64,000 bases of DNA from Felis catus (GCF_018350175.1 NC_058374.1:131564001-131628000), one strand, 5' to 3'. Shown: positions 49,831 to 63,770, counted from the stretch's first letter. Numbers and translations: made by a program. Notes: generated by a model from the letters alone, not told the origin.

Positions 49831-52800
49831 GCAACCACTCTCTAAGGAAAATTAAGAAGCCGAACTATGGGGATGCATACGGTTGCATTTCAAAGCACTG
49901 AAGTTTAAAAAAAAAAAAAAAAAAAAAGGACTTCCTGGTGGGAAGTGCCTAGTGTAAGTAGGAAAATGAGACTGTGTTAAAATTGGGGACTATTACCGCA
50001 AACCGAGGAGTAATAGCTTCTAAATGGGAAAGATCCCTTTAGTTTGGGTTCTCTCGTAAGCCCAGCGTTGATCACTGATTTACAAAGAATTGTAATTTAA
50101 CGTAATTGCCCCACAGCGACACTGCAGTCCGAGAGCCAGTCGCTAGGAGCCAGGTAACTCTGTGTTCAGTTTCGGACCCAAGATCAGAGTCGCTGCTCGA
50201 TGAGATGCTCACAGCCCTGTGGGGGTGGATGGAGCCGGAAACACGGACGGGCTCCGCGCGCAGTGAATGAGCTTAGCAACCCCCTCGCACAACCCACTAT
50301 CCCATAGACACTCCTATAAGGTGGACGAGGAGGACCATCCCTATTTCACAAACGAGGAGTTGAAGCCAGAGAGACAAGGGACTTGTTTATGGATGCCCAG
50401 CTGTCTTTGGACAAGGGCTTTGGTCCAGACAAAAGTTCTTCCTTCTCACTGAAGGTAACCTTTCTCTGACAGTTGAAAAGCACTTTCAGAATTTGTAGTC
50501 GTCTCAGAACAACATTGTGAGGTTTCTCATGGTACTGTAATGGAGAAAAATACTGTTTGTTTGAAAACAAACAAAGAAAAGAGATAAACACTGAACATGT
50601 GTCATTTACTAAGTGCTTGATATATATTGCACCATTTATTTCTCCCCTACAAGAGTCTTAGCAGGTAGATAATGTTACACCCACTTTGCAGACCAGGAAA
50701 TTGAAGTCCTGAGATGTTATATGAATTACCCAAGGGTACTGGGTTAGAAAGTTGAAGAACTAGGATTTGAGGCCAGAGCAGCCCTCTCTATCACACAGTT
50801 TTCTGTAATGAAGAACCTGCTGGAAACCTGGCTCCAGAGAGTTTAAGTGACATCTGGGTATTTATATCTCACTCCTGCTGAATGTATCTGGAAATAACTT
50901 TACTATTCATTCCTCCTTTTTCCATGTAATAACCTCCGAGGTAGTCTCCTTCCCTCTAGTCTCTCTTTGTAGAATTCAAGGTGCACATGCTGGCTAACAC
51001 ACAATTCTTTTCTTGTCTGTAGGATCTGCCTACCCACTGAGGTCAGACTAAAGTGCAAACCCTTTATCCTAGCAGACAGCCATTGTCTTCCTCCTATGAG
51101 CGTGTCTGGTCCTCAAGCAATCTAGTCCACTAAATATGTGTGCACTGTCACAATCTTTTAATTTGAGCAGGATCTCTACACATTTAGAGGCGATTGTTAC
51201 TTCTCCTTTCTAAATCAACGTTGTTGAAGTATAAATTACATGGCCCACCCTTCTGTGTGTTTGAAAGGCACTTGTTATTTTGGATTAGAACAATAGGATG
51301 TGGGTTGAATGTGGATCCAGTTAGCCATAGCCTCAGGGCTTTACACTTGAACTTGAGCTGTATTCTCCCGTGCTGCCTGGTTTAGCAACTGGCAACACCA
51401 CATTGTAGCTATTTGACTGACTGACTGACTGACTGAATGAATGAATGAATAAATGAATGAATGGAGATAGTATAGCCCAGTGGTTGAAACCATCAACTCT
51501 GGAGCTATGAATATGTGGGGCCATGGCTTTGAACAAGTGACTTTACCTTCTGAGCCTCAGTTTCCCACCTATAAAGTGAAGGTAATAGTAGTGCCTACAG
51601 CATGTGGTTATCACAAGACTAAATGATATAATGTGAGTAAAGCACAGAGCTTGGCACAGAGTTAATGCTCAAAAAAAATGGTAGGTATTGCTATTATAAT
51701 AAATACGGGTAGGATGCAGGCTAGGGTCATACGAATCCTGTGCAACAGTGGGCCCATCACACTGGCTTGAACTTAACCTAAGGGTACTGCAAGCATTCAC
51801 ACTAGTCGTTTTTATTTGGTTAATCAGCAAACAAAAATACGAAACACTTGGTGGGAGACAAAGAAAATACCTATAATGTTTGCCTTGTGGGAAAAGCTTC
51901 TACCTGGGAATCCAGGGACTTGGGCTTTAAGTCCTGTCTGGCCCAAACTCACCTTGTGATGTGGGGTTAAGTATCTCCTTTCTTTGGGCCTCAGTCTTTC
52001 CATAAGAAGGTATTGTTATAGGTCAGATACTGACACTAGCTCAGGCCAGATTCAGCAGGATTTTCCTTTCATTCTTTCTCTCACCCTGTTGGCCTTCACA
52101 GTACCTTAGAGCCATTTGAACTGATTGCCAACATTTAAAAGTTGAAAGTTTCACATAACGTTTTTAATTTCCAGAGTTTTTACAACATGGGAAGATATGG
52201 GGTGCCTGGGTGGCTCAGTCGGTTAAGCCTCCAACTTTTGATCTCCACTCGGGTCTCGATTTCACAGTCATGAGTTCAAGCCCTCCTCTGTACCTGGAAA
52301 TACGTCATATGGTGATTGTGTGCCTTTTCAATATCATGCTAGAGAATTGCTCGCAAACCCACAGAAGGGCCATCTGACCCTGGGGAAATTTAACCCTAAC
52401 AATTGATGAGGATCCATTGATGTTTTCCAACTCTGTAAAGTTAGAAGTTCCCTTGGAGGAAACAGCTAAGATGCAATCATTTTTGCATACCTGATGGAGA
52501 AAATAATCCCAAAGGTTACGGTTTTATTATCCTATAGGGTATGAAATATGATTGGCAATCATAATCCAGTATTCCTTTAACTCTTCTCAAACTCTTTCCA
52601 AACCAGCTCTGTCATACTGTTGGTTCCTTCATTAACGATTAAGTAAGCTTACTCTTTATGGGTATTATAATCATTTTTTTTAACAACTGATAATTTATTA
52701 CAAAGTTTGGAGAATCATCTTTTTAATTTCTTAAAGGTGCTAACGTTTTGTCATCACATAAGTTCCAAAATTGTTTGGTTAGCTATTTGTTACTAATGTT

Positions 52801-53029
52801 ACTTATAATATAAAAATCAAACATTTTGAGGTATGAATGGCCTACAGTAGAATTCCCACATATGAAGTGTACAAGGCTGATGATTTTTGACAAGTGTGTA
52901 TACTCATGTAACAACCACCCCAATCAAGATAGAGACGTGACAATGATATTTTCAACAATTTGAGAATTTTTCTTTTAGGCTACAGAGAGGGGGCCCTGTG
53001 TTTTCAGAAACGTGGTTATTTATTTCTGG

Positions 53030-53858
53030 TGTTAAAAAAGAGACGACAGGGGGCGCCTGGGTGGCGCAGTCGGTTGAGCGTCCGACCAGCCAGGTCACGA
53101 TCTCGCGGTCCGTGGGTTCGAGACCCGCGTCGGGCTCTGGGCTGATGGCTCAGAGCCTGGAGCCTGTTTCCGATTCTGTGTCTCTCTCTCTCTCTGCCCC
53201 TCCCCCGTTCATGCTTTGTCTCTCTCTGTCCCAAAAATAAATAAAAAACGTTGAAAAAGAAAAATTAAAAAAAAAAAAAAAAGAGACGACAGGCCCCAAA
53301 GGGAGTCACTTGTACTAAGCCCTACGTTGGCAAACCAAGACTCAACACCCAAGCTAATTGCAGCTTCAACCCCCACTCCCTGCCACAGGAATGTAGCCTT
53401 TAACCAGTTACCTGGTCAGGACTAATGAGATAATCTGCCGCTCCCCTTAACAAGGAGACCTTGCCTGAAATGTGCATTCTTTCTTTTTTTTAAGTTTACT
53501 TATTTATTTTGAGAGAGAGAGTGCAGGGGAGGGGCACAGAGAGAGGGAAGAGAGAGAATCCCAAGCCGGCTCCACGCTGTCAGAGCAGAGCCTGATGCGG
53601 GGCTCGAACCCACAAACTGTGAGATCAAGAACGGAGCTGAAGCCAAGAGTCGGATGCTTGATCGACTGAACCACCCAGGTGCTCCCAAAGTGTGCATTCT
53701 TTGCTAATGATTTCCTCTCCACCTTTTAAAACCTTTCCTTGTCTGCAGCCCAGTGAAGCGCTTTTCTATTGCTAGATGGGCTACCGCCCCATTGATGAAT
53801 TGTTGAATAAAGTCAATTTGATCTTTAAATTTACTCAGGTCAATCTTTGTTGGGAACA
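53030..53858 (+). mobile_element. ERV1-class solo LTR (MER34-like) carrying two nested SINEs (53050-53280 +, 53485-53686 -)
   Basis: TGTT...AACA termini; CAGGCCCCAAAGGGAGTCACTTGTACTAAGCCC; AATAAAGTCAATTTGATCTTTAAA near the 3' end; imperfect 4-bp flanks CTGG/GTGG; SINE TSDs AAAAAAGAGACGACAGG and TGTGCATTCTTT. Confidence 0.7.
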
Positions 53859-54959
53859 GTGGGCAAGAACGATTGTCTTGATGTTCATGGTGATAGAAGG
53901 GATACAACTTAACATGTCAGGAAACAGCCTGATGCGTCACTGTTTTGTTTTGTGTTGTGTTGTTCTGTCTAGTGGACTTCACGTACTAAGGAGCCTCTAG
54001 TTCTGAGAGCTACTGCTCTCCCAGGGCCCACATATCACTGCAGTAAACGTGGGTGACAGGGGCTTGTGAGACCATGCCCGGGAGAATGAAACAGTGAGTG
54101 ATCTACAGACAAATGCAGGGTTCTCGGGGAGTGGCGCTCGAAAGGAATCCTGTCGAAGAGACCAGGCCAACTGCAAAATATAAGTCATGGCTCTTCTGAG
54201 TCAGAGAATTTCTGGTGTCAAATCCCAGGCAAATGAAGATCAAGAGAATCAGGGCAGCTTTTCAGTGGCTGAACCCTCTCGACGACTCCCCCGGGTAAAA
54301 TTGTTCCAGGAGCTTTGGTCTGTCCACAGTTTCTTTGGCTTTGGAGTACTGATTTTCCATTAACAGGGGAGCCTTGCAAAATCAAATACCCTGTGATCAG
54401 ACATTTCATAGTCTGTAATGGGGTTCCATATTTATTTATTATTTTTTCAAAGTTGTGTTTCTAAGCCAGCTTAAGATACTGCCAGGCAATGGCCTACGTT
54501 TCAACTCAAATGCAGTTCTACAAATATGGGCCGAGAAGTGCAAGGGGGAAGGGTAAGCTAGTTATCACAATACAAGTGAGATGATAGTGGCTTGGACAAG
54601 AATGATAGAAACAAGGTGGTAAGAATTGAGAGGGAACATTTTGGAGGTAGAGCCACCAAAATGCAGATGCACTGAACGTGTGTTACAAGAGTCAAGTCAA
54701 GGGTGATTCTGAAGACTTTGGCCTCAGCATATGAACAAATTAAAGTTGCCCCTAACCAAGATGGGAAATACTGAGGGAGGAACAAGGTTGAGGCAGAAAG
54801 TCAGAAGCTCCACTGGGACATGTTAAGATATACACTATATAGAGAGAGATATAGAGAACCCGTAGAGTGTGTGACTCTTGATTTCATGGTTGTGAGTTCA
54901 AGCCCCATACTGGGCGTGGAGCCTACTTAAGATAAATAAACAAATAAATAATTTTTAAA

Positions 54960-56320
54960 AATAATAGGAAATTACAAAAACAAAACTAGGTAGGAAAGAG
55001 ACCTATTTTATTTTTTTAAGTTCATTTTTATTTTGAGGGAGAAAGAGAGAGCACGAGTGGGGGAGGGGAGCGAGATCATCTCAAGCAGGTTCCACACTGG
55101 GAGAGTCCCACTGGGGCTCAAACTCCAAACCCTGAGTTCATGATCTGAGCCGAAACCAAGAGTTGGATGCTCAACCCACTGAGCCACCCAGGCACCCTGA
55201 AACTATTTATTTAGAACGAGAAATCACAACACAAATTGTGCAAGAAATCATGCCATTATAGATTGCAATTTGTGACCTTAAAAACCTGACAAATGGGGGC
55301 GCCTGGGTGGAGCCTGCTTGGGATTCTCTCTCTTTGTCTGCCCCTCCTCTGCTCGCACTTTCTCTGTCTCTCTCAAAATAAATACATTTTTAAAATCTGA
55401 CAAATAACACAAACATCACAAAATCCAGAAAAGAAACATATTTGTTAGTTTTCTTTTTCCTTTTTGAGCTGAATATGCTTTGATCACCCCTTTAGATAAC
55501 AACAATTTTGTATGGTCACTTTCGATAATGAGAATGGAAAAATAATTTAATTTTTCCTCTAGCATGTTAGATCAAAAAATTTTTAATTGCTTTTTATTTT
55601 CATTTTAAGTTCCAGTACAGTTAACATGCAGTGTTTCATTAGTTTCAGGTGTAAACATGTTTATTATTGATAATTTAGGAAAACTTCTTCCGATGCCACA
55701 ATTCCTTTTCAGTAACGTCATGAACATTTTGAGAATTGTCAAAGTTGGGGACAAGCTGTATCAAATTTTTGCCATATGAAATGTAATTTTTCAGGTAATT
55801 TCAAGCTTCCTAGTGCCCTGACTAACCTTCAATAATCCTTTCATTGAAGACACTCATCGATTACAGTGAGTGGTGGGTATATCTTACACACTGGAAGGCC
55901 AGCAAAAACTTCACACACAGAAGAGGATCACATACATATATTCTACTAAACTCAGAGATTCCCAGCTGGATTTCCTCTAGCTGAGTCCCAAACGCCACTA
56001 AATATGACACAGGGAAGTATGACACAGGAGAAGTCGGATTAGACGGAGAGTTTTAAGCAATTGCTGTACAAACAGTACTTTTGCAAATTTTACAGAAACA
56101 GGGGTGTCTAACTGGCTCAGTTGGTAGAGCACGTGGCTCTTGATCTCGGCGTTGTGAGCTCGAGCCCCACGTTGGGTGTAGAGACTACTTAAATCAATAA
56201 CTTTTTAAAAAAAGAAAATCTACAGAAGCAAAGGACCATATGAGCACATTGCTGAGACCCTCCTCAAGCCACAGAAGAGTCTTGGGGAACCAAAGGTCCC
56301 TAAATTTTAAGCTTTAATTC
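54960..56320 (+). mobile_element. hAT-Tip100 (MER115/Zaphod-like) DNA transposon fossil with inserted SINEs; related fragment at about 1720-2260 (-)
   Basis: TATTTATTTAGAACGAGAAATCACAAC...CTGACAAATAACACAAACATCACAAAATCCAGAAAA resembles the family consensus as I recall it. Confidence 0.5.
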
Positions 56321-56323
56321 TAC

Positions 56324-56933
56324 TGATGTTGGCCGGCTGGGTCTGAGGACCCAGATGGGGGCCCTGCAGGACCAGCCAAGAGGGTCCTTGGCTTGGGGCA
56401 TGATCCAAACAGGAAACCAAGAGCCAGGAGGAAACATGAAACATGAGCAAGGAGGAAATGAAAACAGTGCACTGGAAAGGGTACGAGATAGAGTATAGTC
56501 GATGGAGTATCTGGGAGACTGGAAAGGAAAGGAAAGCGAGTCTCTGTTGCTTGGGGTCATCTGTTTATTATATCAGAAAAGGGCCCAGGAAAAGGATGAC
56601 AAAGGCGAGTGACAGGTGAACAACAGGTGTTATTTCATAAATCACTTTGGGTAGGAGGGACTGATGCCAGCTTTGGCTGGGGTTTGTTTGAAGCTGATGT
56701 TCTGGAACATGTTTGGGATCCTCATCTGCTTAGATGTTATCAGGTGTGTGGGGGCCTAAGAAGAAACTCAGAGAATGATTAACTTTCTTGCTTTCCCCTT
56801 GGAGTGGGAACACAGCTTCTTTGGCTTATTGAGACGCAAGGTGCGATACAAACAAAAGTAAATGTGGCCTAGCAGAAAAACAGCAGAGAAGCAGTCTTTC
56901 TAAAAATGGGGTCCCTTCAGTTTCCCTGTCTCA
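56324..56933 (-). mobile_element. Probable carnivore ERV solo LTR
   Basis: TG...CA ends, minus-strand AATAAA (TTTATT near 56564) and LTR-like composition; family not identified. Confidence 0.45.
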
Positions 56934-57869
56934 CCGTGGTGGTTATCACCTCTTGGTGCTAGTTCCAAGGGAAGGCAAAGCAAAAACCTGACACAAAGAG
57001 CTGGGATGGGGCAGGGCATCGCCATTCTAAATAGGATGCTCATAGAACGGAAGGTAGAACCAGAGGGAAACTTGCACCTATCTGGGAGGACTGCATTCTA
57101 TAAGCGACACCAGGTTAAATGTGAATGCGAAAAACCCGAGGTGGACTGTGCCTGGCAGGGAAAAAGCTGGAGTAGCTGTTTTAAAAGAGGAAGCAGAGGC
57201 TGGGGCCTAAGGAGGGTGAGGAACACTCCTAGTCACACAGCATATCCGCAGTTGAGCAGGGACTGGAATCCAGATTTCTGTTAGGTGTCGTGGCTGGGTA
57301 GATGACCACACTAAGGCCCTTGGCCCACAGGCCGGTTTTCGCTGGTTTGTTTTAGAACCCCATCTCTAACTCGAGGACTTCTCCAGGAGGCGCACCCACC
57401 CTACCTCCCGATTGGAAAAAGACCACAGCCCGAGCTTGGAAGCTGCATGGGTGGGTCGCAGGGCCGCCTCTAGGGCCCCACATCACAGTGGGCCTCCCAT
57501 TGCCTGCTCCAACCTTATTGTCCAAAGTTGGCAGGCGCCTTGTGTCAATGACCTCTAGCTGCATGGGACCAAGTCTCAACTTCTAAACCAGTAAGTTTAG
57601 TCTTTCGAAGCCAAACATTTGAAAACATTCCTTGCTGCAGGCAAACTGCTTACACCTAAATCCAACATCAGGCCCCCGTACCCGAACTTCCTTTCTTGCG
57701 AGAAGTCGCCAGAGGAAGCTGTCAGCCATCTTTTGTGTGGCATCATTTCTGGTTTCTCTTTGCCCATTCTTTGTCATGCCGAAGCAGTTCACTCTTTCTT
57801 CCGAATTTGCGCAAGCACTACAGACTCCCCCTTCTTTATACAGCCTCTATTTGAAGAAGGAAGAAAAAT

Positions 57870-58025
57870 TCAAGTGTTTGCCGCTTCCGCCCTTCTTGAC
57901 GTGGCGGCTCCCTGAGGACTTCCGGTTTCCCGGCAGGCCCGGTAGGGGCTGAACTTCCGGCCTCACGACGCAGGAGCGGGCCGCAGTTTTCGCTCTCTCT
58001 GGCTGTGTTCGTGAGTGCCGCAGCC
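57870..58025 (+). promoter_or_regulatory. EIF3L housekeeping promoter with clustered ETS/GABP motifs and a TCT/TOP-like start
   Basis: CTTCCG/ACTTCCGG near 57884, 57919 and 57953; TGACGT near 57897; pyrimidine tract CTCTCTCT at 57993-58000, just 5' of the ATG. Confidence 0.75.
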
Positions 58026-61000
58026 ATGTCTTATCCCGCTGATGATTACGAGTCCGAGGTAAGGCTGGCCCTGCGCGTGAACTGAGCTCCGCGAAGGAGG
58101 CAGAGTTCTTTGGATGTTGGGCCCCGCGGCGAGACGGCGTCCGGGCCTCTCTGGGAGCCCTTGCGGGCCGCGACCGCCTCCGGCCTGCCTCCCTGCGGGC
58201 GCGGCCCTCATGCTGTTCCCACTGCTTGCTGCTACTCACCAGCCCGGCCTCGGCCCGCCCACTTCGCATGTCCGGTCTCCTCGTTCTCTCCTTTTGCGAG
58301 ACCGGAGACGGAGGCTGCTTATGGAATCCCATAAGGATTCTGTGTGTCTGTAACTTAGCTCTTACGGTTTGGGCTGCCCCTTGTAAAACTCCGTTGGTTC
58401 CCGCGGCCTCTTGTGCTTTGCTCTACCTTATTTGCATCCGTAACGTTGTATCGCTGTCTTGTTTATTCTCCCTTCTCTCACAAGCGTGTGAGTTTCTCCA
58501 AGGCCGGGACTGTGTTTTATCCACTTGCGTATTCTTAGTACCCTGCTTATCCTAAACATTGTCGAACGAACGTTTTGGGTTCACGAATTGGTGACCGTTT
58601 CCGTCTCTTTCCTTAATAGGCTGCTTATGATCCCTATGCTTACCCAGGCGACTATGACATGCACACAGGTGAGACCATGGACTTGTCTGGCTAGCTAGGC
58701 ACTTCTAGGGTTTGGCACCTTTTTGAAGGTCTCAGAACAGCTTTGACGGGCATCTGTTAAACGCTCTTTCTTCGTGGTCCCGGTGTGGAGTCAGTTATTA
58801 GTTCTCAGAAGGAGGGTGGTATAGAGCCTAATAAACCAGGTCCTTTTCATGTTCCACCTCCGAGTCTTGGAAGAGAAAGCTTACTATCCTGGATGTGGTT
58901 TCCTTGTCAGACTATTCGCTGAAGAAGAAAATCTTGTTGTGAAAAATTAAAGAAATGCAAACCAAGCCCAAGTGAAGTATTTTTGGAAGGTTTTGGGGTT
59001 GGGGTTTCCTGAAATGTAGTGAGTTGGTTTGACTTAGTAAGCGCCGTGCATTGTTGGAGGTACCTTGTCCAAGGTGTTTCATTTAGTCCTTAAAACAGTT
59101 CTATAAAGTACCTAAATGAAAGTGGTCTCCCTTTGGCAGATGAGAAAACAGAGCAGAGAAGTTTGGTAACTTGCACTGTTGTATTCGTGGAAAATGGCAG
59201 TCATTCATTCATTCATTCATCCAAAATATATTAAGTGCCTACTAACTTTCCCTTCCCACAGTCATCTTCTCTCTTCTAACACCCATATAACCACGTGGGT
59301 ACACTGAGTACAAGGTTCTTGCCCTCTTGGGTTTCAGGTTCTAGCGGAGGGAAGAGATTATGAACAAACATATAATTTTAAGTAGTGGTGCGTTTTTTGA
59401 AGAAACCGCGTACCGGGATTGAGAGTGAGTTGGGGACAGTTATATTTCTGAGTGCTTAAAAGGGAATTATACCTGATTTTTAGACTTTAATTTAGAGGAT
59501 GGTCTTGCCCTTTCGTTTTGTAATATATGTGGGTTTGAAAGCACTTGGTAAAGTATTTGTTCTGTCCAACCTTTAGGAGATCCAAAGCAGGATCTGGCTT
59601 ATGAACGTCAGTATGAACAGCAGACCTATCAGGTGATCCCTGAAGTGATCAAAAACTTCATCCAGTATTTCCACAAAACCGTCTCAGATTTGATTGACCA
59701 GAAGGTGTATGAGCTGCAGGCCAGTCGCGTGTCCAGCGACGTCATTGACCAGAAGGTGTATGAGATCCAAGACATCTATGAGAACAGGTACAGACCGCTG
59801 GCTGAAATGACCCTCTTTCTAGGTGGACTGGTTTAGTGATGCAGCCCCTGAAAAGGGTGCTGTCTAATCACTTCTCTGTAAAGAGAGAGCCCGAGGGGTT
59901 TCTGTGATTCCTTGGGGGAGACATGTTACTTTGTTGGACTGTATTGCCAAAACTCATACAGGGTCTGGGGCGCCTGGGTGGCTCAGTCAGTTAAGCCTCT
60001 GACTTCGGCTCAGGTCATGATCTCACAGCTTGTGGGTTCGAGCCCTGCATCGGGCTCTGTGCTGACAGTTCAGAGCCTGGAGCCTGTTTCAGTTTCTGTG
60101 TCTCCCTCTCCCTCTGCCCCTCCCCCTCCCCCACTCACACTGTCTACTCTCTCTCTCAAAAAGAAATAAACATTAAAAAAAACAGGGGTGGGGCGCCTGG
60201 GTGGCGCAGTCGGTTAAGCGTCCGACTTCAGCCAGGTCACGATCTCGCGGTCTGTGAGTTCGAGCCCCGCGTCGGGCTCTGGGCTGACAGCTCAGAGCCT
60301 GGAGCCTGTTTCCGATTCTGTGTCTCCCTCTCTCTCTGCCCCTCCCCCGTTCATGCTCTGTCTCTCTCTGTCCCAAAAATAAATAAACGTTGGAAAAAAA
60401 AATTAAAAAAAAAATAAATAAATAAAATAAAAAAACCAGGGGTACCTGGGTGGCTCAGTACGTTAAGCGTCCGACTTCGGCTCAGGTCATGATCTCGCAG
60501 TCCGTGGGTTCGAGCCCCACATCGGGCTCTGTGCTGACAGCTCAGAGCCTGGAGCCTGTTTCAGTTTCTGTGTCTCCCTCTCTCTGACCCTCCCCTGTTC
60601 ATGCTCTGTCTCTCTCTGTCTCAAAAATAAATAAAAACATTAAATAAAAAAAAAATTAAAAAAACCCCAAACTCATACAGGGTCTAAAATAATAACACCG
60701 TGATCAGTAATTATAGCAGCAGTTACAGTAGTACGTGCGACCAGTGTAAATCAGGCAACGTTCAGAATGCTTTTCCTGTGTTTTACTCATTACGCTTCTC
60801 CGTAACCCCATGAAGTAGGTAGTATTGTTTTCCTCATCTTACGGATGAGGGAAACAAAGCACAGAAAGGATAAGTCACATGGCTACTTGAGTTTTGAACC
60901 TGCACATTTCTGACAGCAGAGCCCAATTTTTAAATTACTGCACGACTTTTTTTCCTAATGTGTATTTACCGAGAGAGTGAGAGTGTGCGTGTGCAACACG

Positions 61001-61747
61001 CAAGCTTGGGAGGGAGATAGAGAATCCTAGGCAGGCTCTGCGCTGTCGGCGTGAAGCCTGACATGGGGCTCTGTCTCACGAATTGAGAGATCGTGACCTG
61101 AGCGGAAATCATGAATTGGACACTCACCCAGCTGAGCCCCCCAAGATGCCCCACATTACTGCACAACTTAATGCATAACAGGGTGAGCCACGCTTTGACT
61201 GGTTTTCAGGGGATTGCCCTTGTGTAATTGGCATTAGAGATGAGACAGGTCAGTCAGGGTCAGGATAGTCAGGAATGACGTCACCCAGGAAGCAGAATTT
61301 AAACCATTACTGAGAGGAGGGATGGACAAAACTAATAGCCAGAGGCTTATTGGATCAGTGAATAGAATTAATCCCTGAACTGTTTTTTCCTTCCTCCTCA
61401 CATCTTCCTAGTTAAAAGTGTGTAGCTCGGTGCTGTCCCATAGAAATAATAATGCTAGCCACATGTGTAACAGTTTTTTTCATCAGCTATGTTTAAAAAA
61501 TACAAAAAGAGGGGCATCTGGCTGGCTCAGTTGGTGGAGCTTATGACTCTTGGTCTCAGGGTTGTGAGCTTGAGCCCCACGTTGGGTGTAGAGATCACTT
61601 AAAAATAAAACTTTAGAGGCACCTGGGTGGCTCAGTCAGTTAAGTGTCTGACTTTGGCTCAGGTTGTGATTTCATGGTTTGTGGGTTCGAGCCCCGTGAT
61701 GGGCTGTGTGCTGACAACTCAGAGCCTGGAGCCTGCTTCGGAATCTG

Positions 61748-61785
<38 letters not shown>

Positions 61786-63770
61786 GTCTCTCAAAATGAA
61801 TAAAAATATATAAAAATAATAATAATAAATAAGACTTAAAAAATAAGAAAAAGAGTACAAGGGGAATTAATTTTAATTTATTTCAACATCTAAAATATTA
61901 CCACTCATAATCAGAATTAAACCGTTAATGAGTTATTTTACTTTTTTTAGTATTACGCATTCTAAATCCTATATTTTGTATTTATAGCACAACTCAGTTT
62001 GTATATGTTGGAAATATTTGATCTCTATTTAAATTTTCTTTTTTTAATGTTTATTTTTGAGAGAGACCAGGTATGAGTTGGGGAAGAGCAGAGGGAGAGG
62101 GAGACACAGAATCTGAAACAGGCTCCAGGCTCTGAGCTGACAGCACAGAGCCCGACGCAGGGCTCGAACTCACAGACCGCGAGATCATGACCTGAGCCGA
62201 AGTTGGATATTTAACTGAGCCACCCAGGTTTCCTTCTATTTAGATTTCATAACATTTACAGTTGAAAAATCAGATTCACATACTTAAATAATTCTAAATA
62301 TACTTGAAAGTTTTCCAGAAACTGAGTTAGATATTGTTTTTTTTAATTAAAATTAAAATTTGACATTCATTTCTTTAGCACAGTATTCACATGTGGCAAA
62401 CAGAGTTGGAGCCAAGCGTGTGGTACACATTTCCATAGGAGAATGTGTGGTGAGGAGAATATCTGGCGCCTTGGAAAGTTTGTTCCTTTGCAGATGAGTG
62501 GGCAAAGGGAGGAAATGGTAAAGGAGACGGGGCAGAAAGAAAATCTCGATAGTATAGGCGTAGAGAGTAGTGTCAGGAAAATAGGTAGTAAGTCAGCAGA
62601 GAGAAGTGGCACAGGAAACCAGAGAGAAGAGACTTGAAGAAGGGAAGGGTCAACAAACGTTAAGTGTTCTGGTGAGATTGAGTCAAGGAAGGAGCCGGTT
62701 GATTTTGGCAATTGAGAAGTCCTGTGATCACCAGCAAGGTCCGTTTCAGTGGAGTGGTGGAGGCAGGAGCCAGATGGCAGAGGGTGAGAAATGGAGGATG
62801 ACAAAGGAGAGGTAGCAAGTGTAGAGGACACGAAGAGTTGTTGAGATGCATTGTGTTTTGTCTTGAAGCAGGAACTTGAGCATATTTCTGTGCTGAACTG
62901 AAAGATCTGGAGAAGAGAGAGGTGGGAGTTGAGGAGAGTGGGAGAAAGTGGAAGTAGCTCCTAAGGGGATCAGGAGGGAAATTGAACGGAAACCTCTTGT
63001 AGGGCTGTGAAGCATCGTGGGCAGCGGTGTTTGGGTGGGATGCTGCAGGTCTGTGATGGCATCAGACCACAACAAACAGATTTGCTTCCAAGTTTGGAAA
63101 GCAGGAGGAGACACGGCGCTCCAGGAGAGTAGGAAGAATATTGCTAAGGGAGAAGGGTGGGAGTATCTAAAACAGGGTATCAGATCAGGGAACAGCAAGC
63201 TGTTAAGTATGACTGGAGTTCATGACACGGAGGCCGGAAATGATCCTGAAGAGCACGGTGGTTGCCTGATAATTTTTTTTAGCGTTTATTTCTGAAAGAG
63301 AGACAGAGCGTGAGTGGGGAAGGGGCAGAGAGGGAGGGAGACACAGAATCTGAAGCAGGCTTCAGGCTCTGAGCTGTCAGCGCAGAACCCAGGGCGGGAC
63401 TCAAACGCGTGTACTGTGACATCGTGACCTGATCCGAAGTTGGAGCCCCACTGACTGAGCCACCCAGTTGCCCCATAAGTGATAAAAAGGAGTGTTTACC
63501 GTATTGAGAAAAGTTGAGGTGCAGAGTTGGGTATAGGAAAGTTGTAGACTTGGAGGGCTTTGGCCCTGGCTTCGTTTCTGTGACACCTTCCCCTTTGTGA
63601 GCCTGGGTCCTTATCTGTAAAATGTGAAGGTTTCTTCTTCTCAGGTCGTTCCTGTTTTGGACTTGTAGAATTTTTGTGCTTGGTTTTCAGCTGGACCAAG
63701 TTGACTGAAAGATTCTTCAAGAATACACCCTGGCCTGAGGCTGAAGCCATTGCTCCACAGGTTGGAAACG
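58026..63770 (+). CDS. EIF3L: Eukaryotic translation initiation factor 3 subunit L, 5' part (coding exons 1-4; gene continues beyond window)
   Basis: Exons 58026-58058 ([11 protein letters not shown]), 58620-58668 ([16 protein letters not shown]), 59577-59787 ([70 protein letters not shown]), 63691-63770 ([27 protein letters not shown]). GT-AG introns with consistent phases. Confidence 0.97.
59967..63474. mobile_element. SINE cluster in EIF3L intron 3 (59967-60183, 60190-60435, 60439-60665, 60950-61152, 61617-61850, 62040-62230, 63272-63474) with MIR, MER33/Charlie-like and L2 remnants
   Basis: SINE motifs; TSD CCAAA(A)CTCATACAGGGTCT encloses the 59967-60665 triple. Confidence 0.82.

Noticed and set aside
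56101-56193. tRNA-Lys(CTT)-like sequences (also about 6714, 28420, 54860, 61511)
   Set aside because: Degenerate stems, SINE-type 5' ends and A-rich tails instead of a Pol III T-run; these are tRNA-derived SINEs, not tRNA genes.
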